A DNA stretch of 63,765 nt, the filler included, from Neoconidiobolus thromboides FSU 785 (lineage: Eukaryota > Fungi > Entomophthoromycota), in NCBI GenBank assembly GCA_025603075.1. It is 4 parts of 4 records of this genome, joined end to end, with 100 filler letters (N's around TTAATTAATTAA, not from the genome) between each part and the next. Parts side by side here need not be neighbours in the genome. Positions count along the whole stretch, not along the records: positions 1 to 24,956 come from MU626516.1; 3 more parts are not named here. One strand, 5' to 3'. Made by a program: the position numbers and the translations under genes. Shown in pieces: positions 1-12,986 of the stretch (within the stretch, counting starts at the first letter, position 1; the number at the start of each line of letters is the position of its first letter). The notes under the pieces are model-generated. The model worked only from the letters and a program-made list of their open reading frames with translations, made no database searches and had not been told where the DNA came from.

Positions 1-550
1 AGTATTTTCACCAATGTTAAGATATAAATTTAAAGCAGGTGATAGAGTTGGTGTCGTTGGTATTGGTGGGTTAGGTCATTTAGCCATTATGTTTGCTAGT
101 AAATTAGGATGTGAAGTAACTGCATTTTCAAGAAATGAAAGCAAAAAGGAAGAAGCTCTCCAATTAGGAGCTAAACATTATGTAGCAACAAGTGATGAAG
201 GTCAATTAGAAAAAGCTAAAAACTCATTAGACTTTTTAATTGTTACAAGCAATGCTAAAGACTCCCAATGGTCTCAATTTGCTAGTTGGATGGACTTAGA
301 AGGCAGAATTATTTTATTAGCTATCCCAGAAGAGCCATTGAAAATCCAACCTTTTGTACTTTTAAGCAAGAATTTATCACTTACTGGTAGTTTAATTGGG
401 TCCATTGAAGAGATTGAAAAGATGCTACAATTTGCAGCTAAACATGAAATTCGCCCAGTTATCGAAAGATTTAAGATGAAGGATGTAAATAAAGGATTAA
501 AGCATGTAAGGGATGGTAAAGTACGCTACAGAGTAGTATTAGAAAATTAA
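1..550 (+). CDS. NADPH-dependent medium-chain alcohol dehydrogenase (cinnamyl-ADH/ADH6-like), 3' part only
   Basis: Rossmann motif VGVVGIGGLGHLA and C-terminal GKVRYRVVL are typical of the CAD/ADH6 family. The frame is open to the window edge (VFSPML), so the ORF-track Met is internal. Confidence 0.92.
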   Translation, partial: VFSPMLRYKFKAGDRVGVVGIGGLGHLAIMFASKLGCEVTAFSRNESKKEEALQLGAKHYVATSDEGQLEKAKNSLDFLIVTSNAKDSQWSQFASWMDLEGRIILLAIPEEPLKIQPFVLLSKNLSLTGSLIGSIEEIEKMLQFAAKHEIRPVIERFKMKDVNKGLKHVRDGKVRYRVVLEN

Positions 551-759
551 AATTAAATTAAGTAAAAAAAATAAGATTTAAAAAAAATAAGATTTATTTC
601 AAATGTTTTATTATTTATAAATCATAGTTAGAATATTACATTAAAAATGAGTCCACCATAATAAATTTTATATTTAAAGAAAGGTTATGTATAAAAATAT
701 TTAAAATTTAAGTTAAAGAATAGACAGATTCAGTCAACCAAAATTCTTCACTAATAAAC

Positions 760-2430
760 TTATTGCTCTTTTGAAGTTGAACTAAAAATGCAATTTAGAT
801 TACTAATCATTTAGCTTCAAATGAGATGAAATTTACCTTTCATTTTTTAGTTTAGATGGAATAGTAGGTTGATTGGAATTTGTAGGTGGCCAGTTAAAAG
901 CATGAGCTCCATTATTCACTGCAGTGGAAGGTGTTTGAGTAACTAGAGGAGAAAGCATTTCACCGCCCTGATAAAAACCAGGATAAAAGGTAGAAGGACT
1001 TGGTAAATTAGGCGCTTGTAAACAGTGGTTGATCATACCCTACAGTAAAAAGTTAAACTAAGTTCATGAAATTTATTACACAAAAACTTACCATTTGACT
1101 TATTGATTTCTTTTCCTCCTGTTTAATCTGTACTGCTTCTTTCTCAACTTTAGGCTCAATAATAGATTTATTCACTTTAACCTCATTTTGGATTTCTTTT
1201 AATTGGACATTGTTAACATCTTCTTTATTAGTGTCTATTGTTACATTATTTTCAACATCAGTTTCTGTATTTACACTAGGTGATTGTGTATTTGATTCTT
1301 CATTTTTGGATTTTTTTAATGGTATTTGAACTCTTAATCCAGCAGGTCGTTTAAAGCCTTGATTTAATGCTTCATTCTTATCGTTACTAACTGTGTTACT
1401 ATTCATTGGACTTTCGATTGGTTGACCTGAAGTGACTGGATTAGAATGTGAATGTTGCATTGGTTGACTTGATATATGTGATTGTTCTCTTAATTCTTGG
1501 GCTGAATTGATTCGATTCATTTGTTCACTTTGTGGGTGATTTAACTAGAAAATAAAATAAATAAAGTTACTAATTAATAAATTTCATAATTTACCTGTGG
1601 AATTTGGTTATTAAAATGTGGAGTTTGCATCTGTTGCATGCCTTCAGTATTATATCCTTGATTGACCATAGCTCCCATATTTGGATGAATTTGGCCCATA
1701 CTTGGGTTATGTATTTGCATGTTATTATTCGATTCCACTTGATGCATCATATTATTTTGCATTTGCATATTGTTTTGCATATTACTTGGCATATTTCCAG
1801 GTATATTAAAATTATTCGCAATAGGTGAATTCATCATGCCATTATAATTTTGATTTTGATAAGCAATATTAGGATGAAGATAATTATAATTCCCTGGCAA
1901 ATTCATCATCTGATTTGGCTGGAACTGATTATTATTATACATCTAATAAAAGCAAATAAATTTTATGTTTATAATATCTATCTAGTTTACTTACTTGACT
2001 TTCCATTATAGTTGAAGGATCAGGAGTATGTGACATACTGATCTTATCATCAGAACCATCTCTATCATCGCCATTAACAAACTAAAATGACAATTAATAT
2101 TGCTAATTAAACAAAAACTCAGCGTACAAACTTACATCAATGTTACTTTTGCTTTCAAATGGTTCGCCATATTCTGTATATCGCATAAGGATCTTATCCA
2201 TATCAGATGACGCAAATTGACAAAGTTTATTATTGGAATTAAAAACAATTACTGCAATTTCACAGTCACATAAAACGCTTAACTCGTACGCTTTTTTCAT
2301 TAGACCGGCTTTACGTTTTAAAAAAGTAACCTAAAACTCATTTAGTATCTTGACTTTTTTAATAAATGCTACTTACCTGCTTATTCCTCTCATCAGTAAG
2401 ACCTTTAATCTCAATTTTCTTACGACCCAT
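760..2430 (-). CDS. MEF2: MEF2-type (type II) MADS-box transcription factor, multi-exon
   Basis: ATG at 2430 gives [18 protein letters not shown]. After intron 2331-2376 comes [54 protein letters not shown] (MADS+MEF2 domain). Downstream N/Q/M-rich exons match ORFs 1574-1942, 1053-1520 and 833-1036. The last exon and stop near 760 are inferred from splice sites. Confidence 0.92.
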
Positions 2431-2741
2431 TGTTTGAAGTTATTAGCAGTTTGATGTTAGTTGATATAGTGCCTATAAATAAAGGATAAATATACAGACA
2501 TTTTAAACCAAAGATATTGATAATTTAAAATTAAGCTTTCTAACTTAACAGTTAACTTACAATTTTTTTGACTTGTTATTTTTTTTAAAACTAAAATATT
2601 TATTTTTAGTTCTCTCTTATATTTTTATAAAAAAAGTAAAGAAACTTTGAGAAATTTATTTTTAGCCCCCCTTTTCTTTTTATTGTTATGGTGCTATTTT
2701 TATCCTATTGGTTAGTAGAAATTCTATTTTTAAAAACAGGT

Positions 2742-2751
2742 CTATTTTTAG
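2742..2751. promoter_or_regulatory. Candidate MEF2/Rlm1 binding site CTATTTTTAG upstream of the MADS gene
   Basis: Exact match to CTA(A/T)4TAG about 310 bp upstream of the ATG. Chance matches are common in such AT-rich DNA. Confidence 0.3.
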
Positions 2752-4058
2752 TTCTAGCTAAAGCTTATTGGCGATAACAAAGTCCAAAATGCTTGATGCT
2801 CACCAATTAGATCAACTTTAAGGTCCAGATTTATGAGATAGATTAGAAATTAAATTAATGGAATTAAACTGTCAAATATTAAAAAATTTATGCAGCTAAG
2901 CTAAAAATAAATTATTAATACACAATTAAACTAAATATCTAAAAGATTATTAAATGAAAGGTAATGATCATCAATTATCCGCGATTAATGCATCCACTTG
3001 CATTTGCTTCAATTAATAATTCCATCTATTGTAAAATTTTAATTGATAACAAACTAAATGAACTAAGAACTATGATTGTTTCTCCTTTTTACACAATCAC
3101 TAGTTTTAAAATTATTTAAAAATCAGATTAAAATGAAGTCATATTTCATTATAATAATTACTTATCCATAAACTACTACTGAATACTGTTCTATTAAATT
3201 TAATATAATTGCTGAAAAATACTTATTTTGGAGAAATCAATTGTATTAATAAGTAAGCATAAATCAAGGGAGTTTAGCCTGGTATTTAATAACATTCATC
3301 ATGATTATTGTATAGTTTATAACCTCATTACCAGTTTATTCGATTATTAGACTATCAAAGGAGATTAAGTTTTCTATTAAAAGCTATCCCCTTTTCTAAT
3401 GTTGTGGTTTTAATATACATTTGTAGCTTTTGGTAATGAAAAAATACTTTGGAGCTAATTTACTAAACTCCTAATGTGTTTTGACAAATTATGTTGTAAT
3501 ATTTAATCGGACTTAGTGATGCTTGATATTTTTTATAATAAAGTATTATTATATTAGTAGATGTGAATGTTATTTCACTCTTTGTTAATTTTTATTTAAT
3601 ATTAGATTAAAAAAAGTATTGGCTGTCTGCTGAAATAAAAAACATTGTCATAGTAGATAAATATCGGACATTCTGATGTTTTGTTAATAAAATAATAATT
3701 ATAACAAGTACAACAAAATGTTCGTAGTCATAGTTATTTACTGCTTATATAAACTACTAAAAATTCCTATAACAAATTATAATATCATTCATATATTAAA
3801 TGTCAAGTAGCAGTTCATTAACGGCGCTTATATTAACTTTCCTAATGACCTTAAAATAGTACATTAATATAGTACTATATTATTCTATTCAAAATAAAAA
3901 CATACAATTCATATAATATAACTTTTTAAACTATTAAGCCAAGCCTAGCATTTTTCCTCTATCCCCAAAACTCAAGAAATTCCAAAAAATTTGCCCAATA
4001 ATTCCTAACAAAAATCTCAATATACTAATCAAATTATCAAAAATTGATTTAACCTTCA

Positions 4059-6632
4059 ATGTTTTCTAATAACTTAACATTCAAATTGATCAATAAGAGA
4101 TGCTTTAAATTGAATTTAGTACGTTATGCAACCACCGGGAAAAAAATATCAACTACAAAAATATTAGAAAAATATCTACCAAAGGAAGATAAGGATGAAT
4201 TAGTGGGAGATGTGAGAAAGACTAGTTTAAAGGAGATACCAAGAAGGGGGAATGATAAAAGAAATCGAGGTGGTAGAAATTCATATAGACAACAGAGGTT
4301 TGAGTTTCAAGGTAATTTAGAATTGAGTGATAATTTTTTTAAATGGAATTAATTTATATTAAAAAAAATAGATTATTTAAATCATGTATATCATTTCAAA
4401 TTCAATTCCACTATCAAGTCGTTAGTCCTAAGTTTAGGCTGGAATGAAAGAACCTATAAAACGGTGATGGGAGAATTTATAGAATTGATTAAATCGGACA
4501 AATACCCGAAATTCAAATTTTCAGACGCAGCTAAAGTAGTATCAGAAAGTAATTTATTAGCTTTAGATCAAGCAATCTTGAGACAGTTTCTTAAATTTGG
4601 TAGTAGACAACTAGGAGAAAAAGAAAAGGAAAAATTTGATTATATTAAAGGGTTAGCGACTTTAGAAAACCCAATTCATTGGTTTCCTCAAGCTAGAAAG
4701 ATGAAAAGGTAAGTTTGGAATTTAACTTTACTTTGCTTATTTAATTTTTTATAATAAAATACAGAAAAATCATCATGCATGTCGGCCCCACAAATTCCGG
4801 AAAAACATACAAAGCTTTACAACGATTAAAAACAGCTCCACGAGGTGTGTATTGTGGTCCATTACGTTTATTAGCGTTTGAAATCTTTAAACGATTTATT
4901 GATGAAGGTATACGATGTAATTTAGCCACTGGAGAAGAACGTATAGATGTTGAAGATTATATCTCCAATTTAGAAAAAACTACTGGTCAAAAAATTGAAT
5001 TAAAAAACTATTCAGATATTGGTAGTTTGAAACAAACGATAACTTCAGCTACAATAGAGATGTTGAATTTAAGTAAAGTTTATGATGTGGCTGTATTTGA
5101 TGAGATTCAACTACTTTCCGATGCACAAAGAGGATGGGGGTGGTTAAGAGCTTTAGTAGGTGTCCAAGCACATGAAATTCATCTTTGTGGGGAACCAAGT
5201 GCTATTCCTTTCGTAAAAGAAATTTGTAAACAAATGAATGAAGAGGTTATTATTAATGAGTATGAAAGATTATCGCCCTTAAAGATAAAAGAAGATGCCT
5301 TAGATGGGGATTATAAAAAATTTAAAAAGGGAGATTGTTTAGTTACTTTTAGTAGAGACGGAATCTTTGAACACAAAGATAAAGTTGAAAAAGCTACAGG
5401 ATTAAAGTGTGCAGTAGTATATGGTAGACTGCCACCAGGTAAGTTATTTTTTTAGTTTTGTTTCATGATGGGCATTAAATATATAAACATAACAGAAAAT
5501 CGAGCTATGGAAGCTAAATTATTTAACGACCCTGATTCAGGTTATGATATTATGGTAGCTTCTGATGCAGTTGGTATGGGTTTAAATCTGTAAGTCTTTA
5601 TTGGCTTTTATTATAATTATAAATTAATAATTTATTAAATTCAAAATATTAGAAATATTCAACGAGTAGTATTTGATAGTTTATCTAAATTTGATGGTAC
5701 TGGTATTCGAAAAGTAAAAATATCACAAGTAAAACAAATTGCTGGTAGAGCGGGGAGATTTGGTACTCACTTTGCTAATGGAGAAGTTACAAGGTAAATT
5801 ATTTAGTTATTATGATCATGAGTTTAAATTACTGATTTTTTAAAATATAGCTTTTATAAAACAGATGTAGATTATCTTTTATATTGTATGCAACAAAAGT
5901 TTGCTCCTTTAAAAGTAAGTTAATGCTTTGTAGCATAAATTAATTTTTAAATTATTTAATAGACAATTGGATTACAACCTGAGTTATCAATCTTAAAAGC
6001 TTTCTTTTATCAATTTCCAAACGAATCTTTTTCAATGATATTGGTAATATAATAATAATAAATTTTAATAACATATTAATAGTTAAATTAAAATAGATAA
6101 AATTAATGGTATTATGTGAATTACCTAAAGGCTATTTTTTATGTTACACAGATGATCATATTAAATTAGCAGGTATATTAAGTGAAATACCATTATCTTT
6201 AGAAGATCGATTATCTTTTTTAATGGCACCAATCCCTGCTAGAGATCCACAAGTAGTAAAATTTATTGCAAAGGTAAAGTGATTTAATAATTAATATCAA
6301 CAATTTGTAATGTTTTAGGCAATTACTACACATTCTCAAGGACATCCAGTAAATATTAAAGATCATTTAAATATACCTAATACTGCCCAAATGAATGATG
6401 AAGATTATCTAAAACAATTAGAAACTTGTCATAGGTGCATTATGTTATATTTATGGTTAAGGTAATATACTAATTAATTATTATTTTAATTTTAATTATT
6501 TTAATGTTTAGTTATCGTTTCCCACTTTCTTTTCATGATGTTGAAACATGCAAAATCTTAAAATTAGATATAGAAGATGCCTTATCGGGTACATTACATA
6601 CTAAAAAAATATTACCAAAATCAAAACATTAA
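4059..6632 (+). CDS. SUV3: Mitochondrial ATP-dependent RNA helicase SUV3, multi-exon
   Basis: [10 protein letters not shown]|[56 protein letters not shown] and [11 protein letters not shown] are joined across GT-AG introns. The N-terminus is basic and targeting-like. Confidence 0.96.
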
Positions 6633-6708
6633 ATTAATAAAAAATAAATAGACAAATCAAAAAATCAAAATAATCCATGATTTTACTTATTTTATTTTTT
6701 ACATATAA

Positions 6709-6812
6709 TGTAGGGGGATGTGTTTTTTGTTCAAGAATTTTACTACAATCTTTTCACTCAAATAATGCTTAAAAGACGGAAAAATAATGAAATCAAAAAA
6801 ACAGTCCCATAT
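6709..6812 (+). mobile_element. ~105-bp foldback MITE-like element
   Basis: GGGGATGTGTTTTTTG...AAGAATTTTACT...CACTCAAATAATGCTTAAAAGA...AAAAAACAGTCCCATA. Confidence 0.8.
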
Positions 6813-6824
6813 AATATTCAACTT

Positions 6825-7790
6825 TTATAAATTTTCAACTAAAGAATATAATGAATTGACTTTACTCTCTTTTAATTTAAAACCATATTTAATTAAATCC
6901 AACTTATTAACATTAGGACATTGTTTCGGATGAAATATTTCTGGAGGAGAATGGACAAACTGAGGTCCAAAATTTAATTTAACTTTTGCACCATTATAAA
7001 TTGAAATAGCAGGATGGTATTTAGCCAAATAAAGATTTAAAAATGAATGATCAATCAATTCCCCATTAACAAAAAAACAAAGTTGAGAACCAGAATGAAT
7101 TGGTAGCTGATCAAACTTTAAAAAAGGATCTTGAAAATTATAATCAAATTGTTCAGGAAAAGGTATTGGAGTTGCTAATTCACTTTCATTTTCACCACAT
7201 TGAACTTTAATTGGATTAATTTTGGATGATAATTGAGGATTAATTTCATATGAATATTGTCGTGCCCCTATTGCTTGATCTAACACTCTAAACTCAATTT
7301 CTTTCCTTTCAATTTCGTTTAATTGTGGTAAATGTATCAATACTCCTACTACATCTCCTTCACAATAACCTTTATTAACATCGAATGGTCTAGATCGATG
7401 AAATAATGTTCCTGGGTTTGCTCTATAAGAGTAAGAAAATCCATCATAGCCTAAGGGTACATCTTTTGGTGTAGAAACTTGTGCAATACCTAGTCTTATA
7501 TTAGAATCTTCAGGCAAATCTAATATTCTAACTTCAAAATAATAGGTGCCTTCGGAGATACCATAGTTGGCTAAAGTGATATTATAATCTTTATTACATT
7601 TCACTGTTAATCCATCCGTGGAAAAGATGATATCTTTGGAACTACAATAACTTCGTTTATCCATCTGTATTGAGGTAGTATAGATTGGGTTAGGTCGATC
7701 TGGATTCATATTTAAATAAGGGAACGAGATAGATTTTAAATGTGTCTTGTTTTCATGGTCAGAGTTAGACTCGTCGTTGATTGTGTTCAT
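6825..7790 (-). CDS. ASH2: SPRY-domain protein, ASH2/BRE2-like COMPASS subunit
   Basis: GTYYFEVRI, IRLGIAQ, PLGYDGFSYSYR, GTLFHRS, GYCEGDVVGVLIHLP and YHPAISIYNGAKVKLNFGP match the ASH2-type split SPRY domain. Confidence 0.75.
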   Translation of the reverse strand: MNTINDESNSDHENKTHLKSISFPYLNMNPDRPNPIYTTSIQMDKRSYCSSKDIIFSTDGLTVKCNKDYNITLANYGISEGTYYFEVRILDLPEDSNIRLGIAQVSTPKDVPLGYDGFSYSYRANPGTLFHRSRPFDVNKGYCEGDVVGVLIHLPQLNEIERKEIEFRVLDQAIGARQYSYEINPQLSSKINPIKVQCGENESELATPIPFPEQFDYNFQDPFLKFDQLPIHSGSQLCFFVNGELIDHSFLNLYLAKYHPAISIYNGAKVKLNFGPQFVHSPPEIFHPKQCPNVNKLDLIKYGFKLKESKVNSLYSLVENL

Positions 7791-8278
7791 GGTTTTTTTG
7801 AGGTTTGGTTAAAAATTGATTTAAACAAGGAAAAATTAATTTTTGATGTGTAATAAAAAGTAAAGTTGAGAGACTGTTTTTTTCGATGAGATTAATTAAT
7901 TTTTTTTTAGACTAGAAAAATGAACATTATTAAAATAAAAGATAGACATGCTGTTTTTAGTATGTTTGTATAACTTAAATAGGATAGTTTGAGCATATCT
8001 AAATTAACACTAAAATTTAGGGTTGAAGTTACAATTATAAATAAAAAGTCATAAAAGTCATACACTTAACTGACTACCACTATTTGTAAAAAAACTCACC
8101 GAAAATCTATTAGTAATCTACATTACTAATAATCATTGAAAAGTAACTTATTTATCTTTAACCAATCAATAGCAACCAGCTCGAATTTAATATAAAATCG
8201 GTTAATTAAAACTCAATCTTTATATAAAAAACTATTTTTAAAAAAACATAATATTAAATAAATAATAACAACTAATCA

Positions 8279-8740
8279 ATGTCATTTCCAAGCCCAATTA
8301 AGTACTTCGACTTACATTTTTACTTTAAAGAATGGGATTCAGCTTCTGTTGCTTCCATAACGACTTTAAGACAAAGTTTTATTCAAGCTTTTCCACATAT
8401 TAAAGTATTTGAATTGGTACCAAGACCAGTTGGTAAGTTCAATTGAATTCAATCATGTTTTATTCATATGTTGAATATTAGTAAAACATCTAGTTCATTA
8501 TCTCTATTATAAAAACATAATGTTAATATTTCATCTTTAGGACCTCATCCTGTTGGTATGTTTGAAGCACATGTGATGAGTGAAGAAGATTTGGGTAAAA
8601 TTATCCCTTGGTTACTAGTTAATAGAAATGGCCATTCAGTATTGGTGCATCCTAATACAGATAATGCCTTGAATGATCATTCAATTCATGCTGTTTTTGT
8701 GGGTGAAAAACAAGAGTTGAAGTTAAGTATTTTCAATTAA
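8279..8740 (+). CDS. DOPA 4,5-dioxygenase family protein (2 exons; intron 8433-8540)
   Basis: Spliced protein MSFPSPIKYFDLHFYF...ELVPRPVGPHPVGMFEAHV...IPWLLVNRNGHSVLVHPNTDNALNDH carries the family motifs xHxYF, GPHP and SVLVHP. Confidence 0.88.
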
Positions 8741-9565
8741 GAAGAGGGAATGTATAAGGAAAGAAAGGAGAAAGAATAAACTTAAAAATAAGTTCGATCT
8801 TATGCTTTTGAATTTATGATTTATTGTCTTTACCTATTGTTTATTGAATTTAGTTTTAGATTTATTAACTTTCAATTTATTATTGTTGAAAATTAAAGAA
8901 TAAAGAATGACACTATTGAGTTCTTTTATGAGTTTATTGATTTGTAAAAATAAAAATTTAAAAGAAATTAAATTGCTTTAAATTTATTACCATTGGTTAT
9001 AAAACAGTTTCAATAGTGACTGCTATTAGATCGTATAAAAAGAAGCATTATATCTTCCAAATTATTGCCTTATTACTGATAAGTTAATGCGTTATTGAGA
9101 GTATTCTACTACTTTCTGGTTAGAATAATGGTAGTAATTGCTATACGTCTCTATTGTATTCCAAGTTCATTACTCTTAGATTATAAAAGTATTCTAACTA
9201 GTATAGATAGATTAAAAAACCCTTATTAAATAAATAACTGCTAGGATCTTTAATAGGGAATAGAAGCAGAGTGGCTGATCAATAAAGCTTAGATTATATA
9301 ATTTAGCAACTTTATACTACCATATACTATTGCCCAACATACATCATAATCGTATAAAACAATAAATCATAATGTAAAATAAACCAGTCTTAATCCCCGC
9401 ATCAACCAATCAATCTTCAGGTAATACTTTTTTACTCATTCAAAATCAAAAGCATAAAAAGGGGCATATATTTGACCACGTCATAAATGATTATAAAAAA
9501 AAATTTACACAAAAATAAACTTTCTAAAAAAATTTCAATTATCAAAAAAAGTAAAGAATAAAAAA

Positions 9566-12500
9566 ATGTCACCTTCACACGATGAAGATAGCGAGAATAC
9601 ACCCTTTATTCATCATGATACAGAAGCAGCTAATGGAACCAATCAAGCTCGTCGAGAAGTTGGTAGTACTTGGTCCGAAGTATTAGATTATAAAAGTTTA
9701 CGTAATGTCTTGAGATTATTTTCTACTATCAGTATTGTACTTATCCTCGGTTTGTTAATCACTTTATTATTCCGTGATTTTAATACAGATAGTCATTTGA
9801 TTGGCGATAAAATGGCTATTTCTTCAGCTTCCGTTAATTATGGTTACAAACAATGTAAAAAATTGGATGAGTTAAACGTTAAAAGACAAGATTATTTTAA
9901 ATTGATGAAAGAAGGAGTTAAAGAAAAAGAAGTAAAAAAGAGTAAAAATGGTCGATTTGTTAATGGCACTAGACCTATTGTTATTCGTGGAGTTACTATT
10001 TGGGATGCTTTAGGCAAAGAAGCTTACAGAAGTGATTTACTTTTAGATGAAGGGATTATTAAGGGTATTTCTAGATTTATTCATATTCCTAAAGATGCTA
10101 TTGTTATCAACGGTAAAAACAAAATTGTTACTCCTGGTCTCGTAGACATGCACAGGTAATAACAATAATAATATAATAATAATGCTATTATATTGACTAA
10201 TTTAGTCATATTGGTGTTGATTCTTGGCCGATGTTAGTAGGTACAGATGATACCAACGAAATGACATCGCCCGCTACTCCAATGGTAAAACACAATATAA
10301 CATAATGTAATATGATAATAAATTAACATCAATATTCTATTAGTTAAGAACTCTTGATGCATTTAATCAAGATGATCTTGCATTACCAATTGTAATGAGT
10401 GGTGGTATTACTACTACATTGGTATTACCTGGATCTGCTAATGTAATGGGTGGAGAAGCCTTTGTATTTAAATTAAGACCAATCAAAAGTAAAAGTAATG
10501 AGGAAGCTTTAGTTAATTATAATGATCAAAGTAATAAAATGCCATGGAGATATATGAAATTTGCTTGTGGTGAGAATCCAAAAAGAGTTTATGGGGAGCA
10601 AGGTAAAATAATGAATAGTATCTTAATAAAATTAACTTTAATTTTATTTTAAATAGGCAAAACTCCATCAACTAGAATGGGATCCGGTTATCTAATGAGA
10701 GAAATGTTTTCTAAAGCAAGTCAATTGGTACGTGAACAAGATGAATGGTGTGATTTTTTAAAGGATCATTTTAATGAAGTTGATATTCGTAAAGGAAGAG
10801 TTCATTCAATAACTAAAGAATTTCCAACAGATATTAAATTAGAGTCTTTATCAAATGTGATTCGTGGTAATGTTCAACCTCATATTCATTGTTATGAGGT
10901 AAATATTAAATAACTGAATATACAATTGAATAGAATATAAACTAATTATTTTATTTACTTTTAGCCCGAAGATTTAGAAACTGTTATTAGAGCTTCAGAA
11001 GACTATGGTTTCCAAATTTGGGCCTTCCATCATGCTTTAAGTGCTTATCGAGTACCTGAACTCATTAAAAGAGCTGGCCGCTATGGATTTAATGTAACTG
11101 TAGCTACATTTAGTGATGGATGGGGTTATAAAAAAGAAGCATATGAAGAAGATCCAAGAGCACCAATAATATTGACTGAACATAATATACCAGTAGCATT
11201 AAAATCAGATCATCCAGTAATTAATTCACAAACCTTAATGTTTGAAGCTACTAAAGCTTATCATAATGGATTAGATGCTAAACATGCATTAGCATCAATT
11301 ACTTCTAATCCAGCCAAAGCATTGGGATTAGGACATAAAATTGGGGGTATTCAAATAGGTATGGATGCTGATTTAGTACTTTGGAATGAAATTCCATTTA
11401 CTGTTGGTGCAACACCAGAACAAGTAATAATTGATGGTATATTAATGTTTCCAGAAAAATATGAAGATGATGAAAATCAAGAACTTAATGCCTTTGATTA
11501 TAATAATCCAATTCAATATCCTAAAATCAAAAATGAACATAAAAAACCTAAATGTTATGATGGATTAAAGAGTTTTATATTAAAAGGTGTAAATCAAGTG
11601 ATAATGAATAATTCAACTAAAGCAATGAAAATCCAAAAGAATAAAGTATTATTAATAGAGAATGGAAAGATTACAGAGATTGAAGAAATGTCAGCTAATA
11701 AAATGAATTTAAAAACTGTATACGCAGATAGTAAAGCATGGATGATACCAGGTTTAATTGGAGTAGCTACTAAATTAGGTTTAAATGAAATCATACAAGA
11801 AGATTCTACTGGTGATGGTAATGTTAAAAATATTGATCCATTCAAATATGAAGATTATCCACGAGCCATTGATGGTTTAACTTTTGAAGGTAAACATTTA
11901 AAGAGAGCTTTTAAAGGTGGAATTACTGCTGCTGTTTCAGCTCCACTGTTAGGATCTGGCATAATTAACGGTTATTCTACATCTTTTTTTACAAATGGCA
12001 ATACTGCCTATTTAAATGAAGATATTGTTAATCCAGTTACTGCTCTTCATCTTGCTGTTGGTTATGAATACTTAGATTCAACTACTACTACTATATCTCA
12101 ACAATTTTTAAAAATAAGACAATTATTTTTAAAAGCAATTGAACAAAATTCTAAAGATTGGCCAAAAGCAACTAATTTAATTAGTCAAGTTATTAAAGGT
12201 TTAATACCAGTTGTTGTTCGTGCTCATAATAAAGACGATATTATTCGTTTAATCCAATTACGTAATTTAATTCGAGATAAATTTCATCAATCGGGCGGCT
12301 TTGGACTCGGTTTAGATTTGATCATCCTTGGTGGAGCTGAAGCTTGGTTGGTAAGTTATAATACAATAATAATAGTAATAATAATATACTAATTCAATTT
12401 TAAGGTTGCTGATGAATTGTCTTATGAAAGAATTAAAGTCATTTTACAACCTGTACGTTGTGTACCTGATACTTGGTCTAAACGTCGATGTTTGACTGGT

Positions 12501-12809
12501 GCTCCGTTAACTAAAAATACTACGTTTACGGTATTGAATAAAGCAGGCGTTGAACTTGGATTTGCTCCAGATGAAGATGGTGAATATGCTCATAATTTAA
12601 TTTGGGAAGCTTCTTGGGCTTATCATCAAGCTAAAGGGGAGTTATCGGAAATAGAAGCTATTGGTTTAGTATCTTGGAATCTACAAGAAATGTTTCATCT
12701 CAATCAACCTTATCAAAATCACAAGTTTTTATTATATGATCAAAACCCATTGAATGTAAACTCTAAGTTGATGTGGTCATATGATGGAAAAAATGGACTT
12801 AAATGTTAA
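9566..12809 (+). CDS. Type II membrane protein with two tandem amidohydrolase-superfamily domains, multi-exon
   Basis: N-terminal TM (LFSTISIVLILGLLITLLF). Domain 1 has VTPGLVDMHS|HIG, GGITTTLVLPGSANVMGG, MKFACGENPKR, HIHCYE, ALKSDHP and GMDADLVLW. Domain 2 has MIPGLIGVATKLG and AFKGGITAAVSAP. Confidence 0.88.
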
Positions 12810-12986
12810 ATAAAAAGTGAGAGATTTTATTTTTACTTAAAGTTTTTTTAATTTTGTTATTTTTGATTTGTAATGATTATTTTTTGAGAATTTTCAACCC
12901 CGAATTTAAATTTAAAATATGCGCAAGATTTGTAGAAAAAGTGCTTTTTAATTTTTTTTAAACCTTCAATTTAACAATAAAAAAGA

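Noticed and set aside
1604-1828. Short ORFs overlapping real genes on the opposite strand (also 4741-4929, 11594-11845, 15075-15404, 16684-16902, 17927-18349, 21178-21504, 52101-52469 and 55825-56025)
   Set aside because: No independent motifs; they are antisense to well-supported CDSs.
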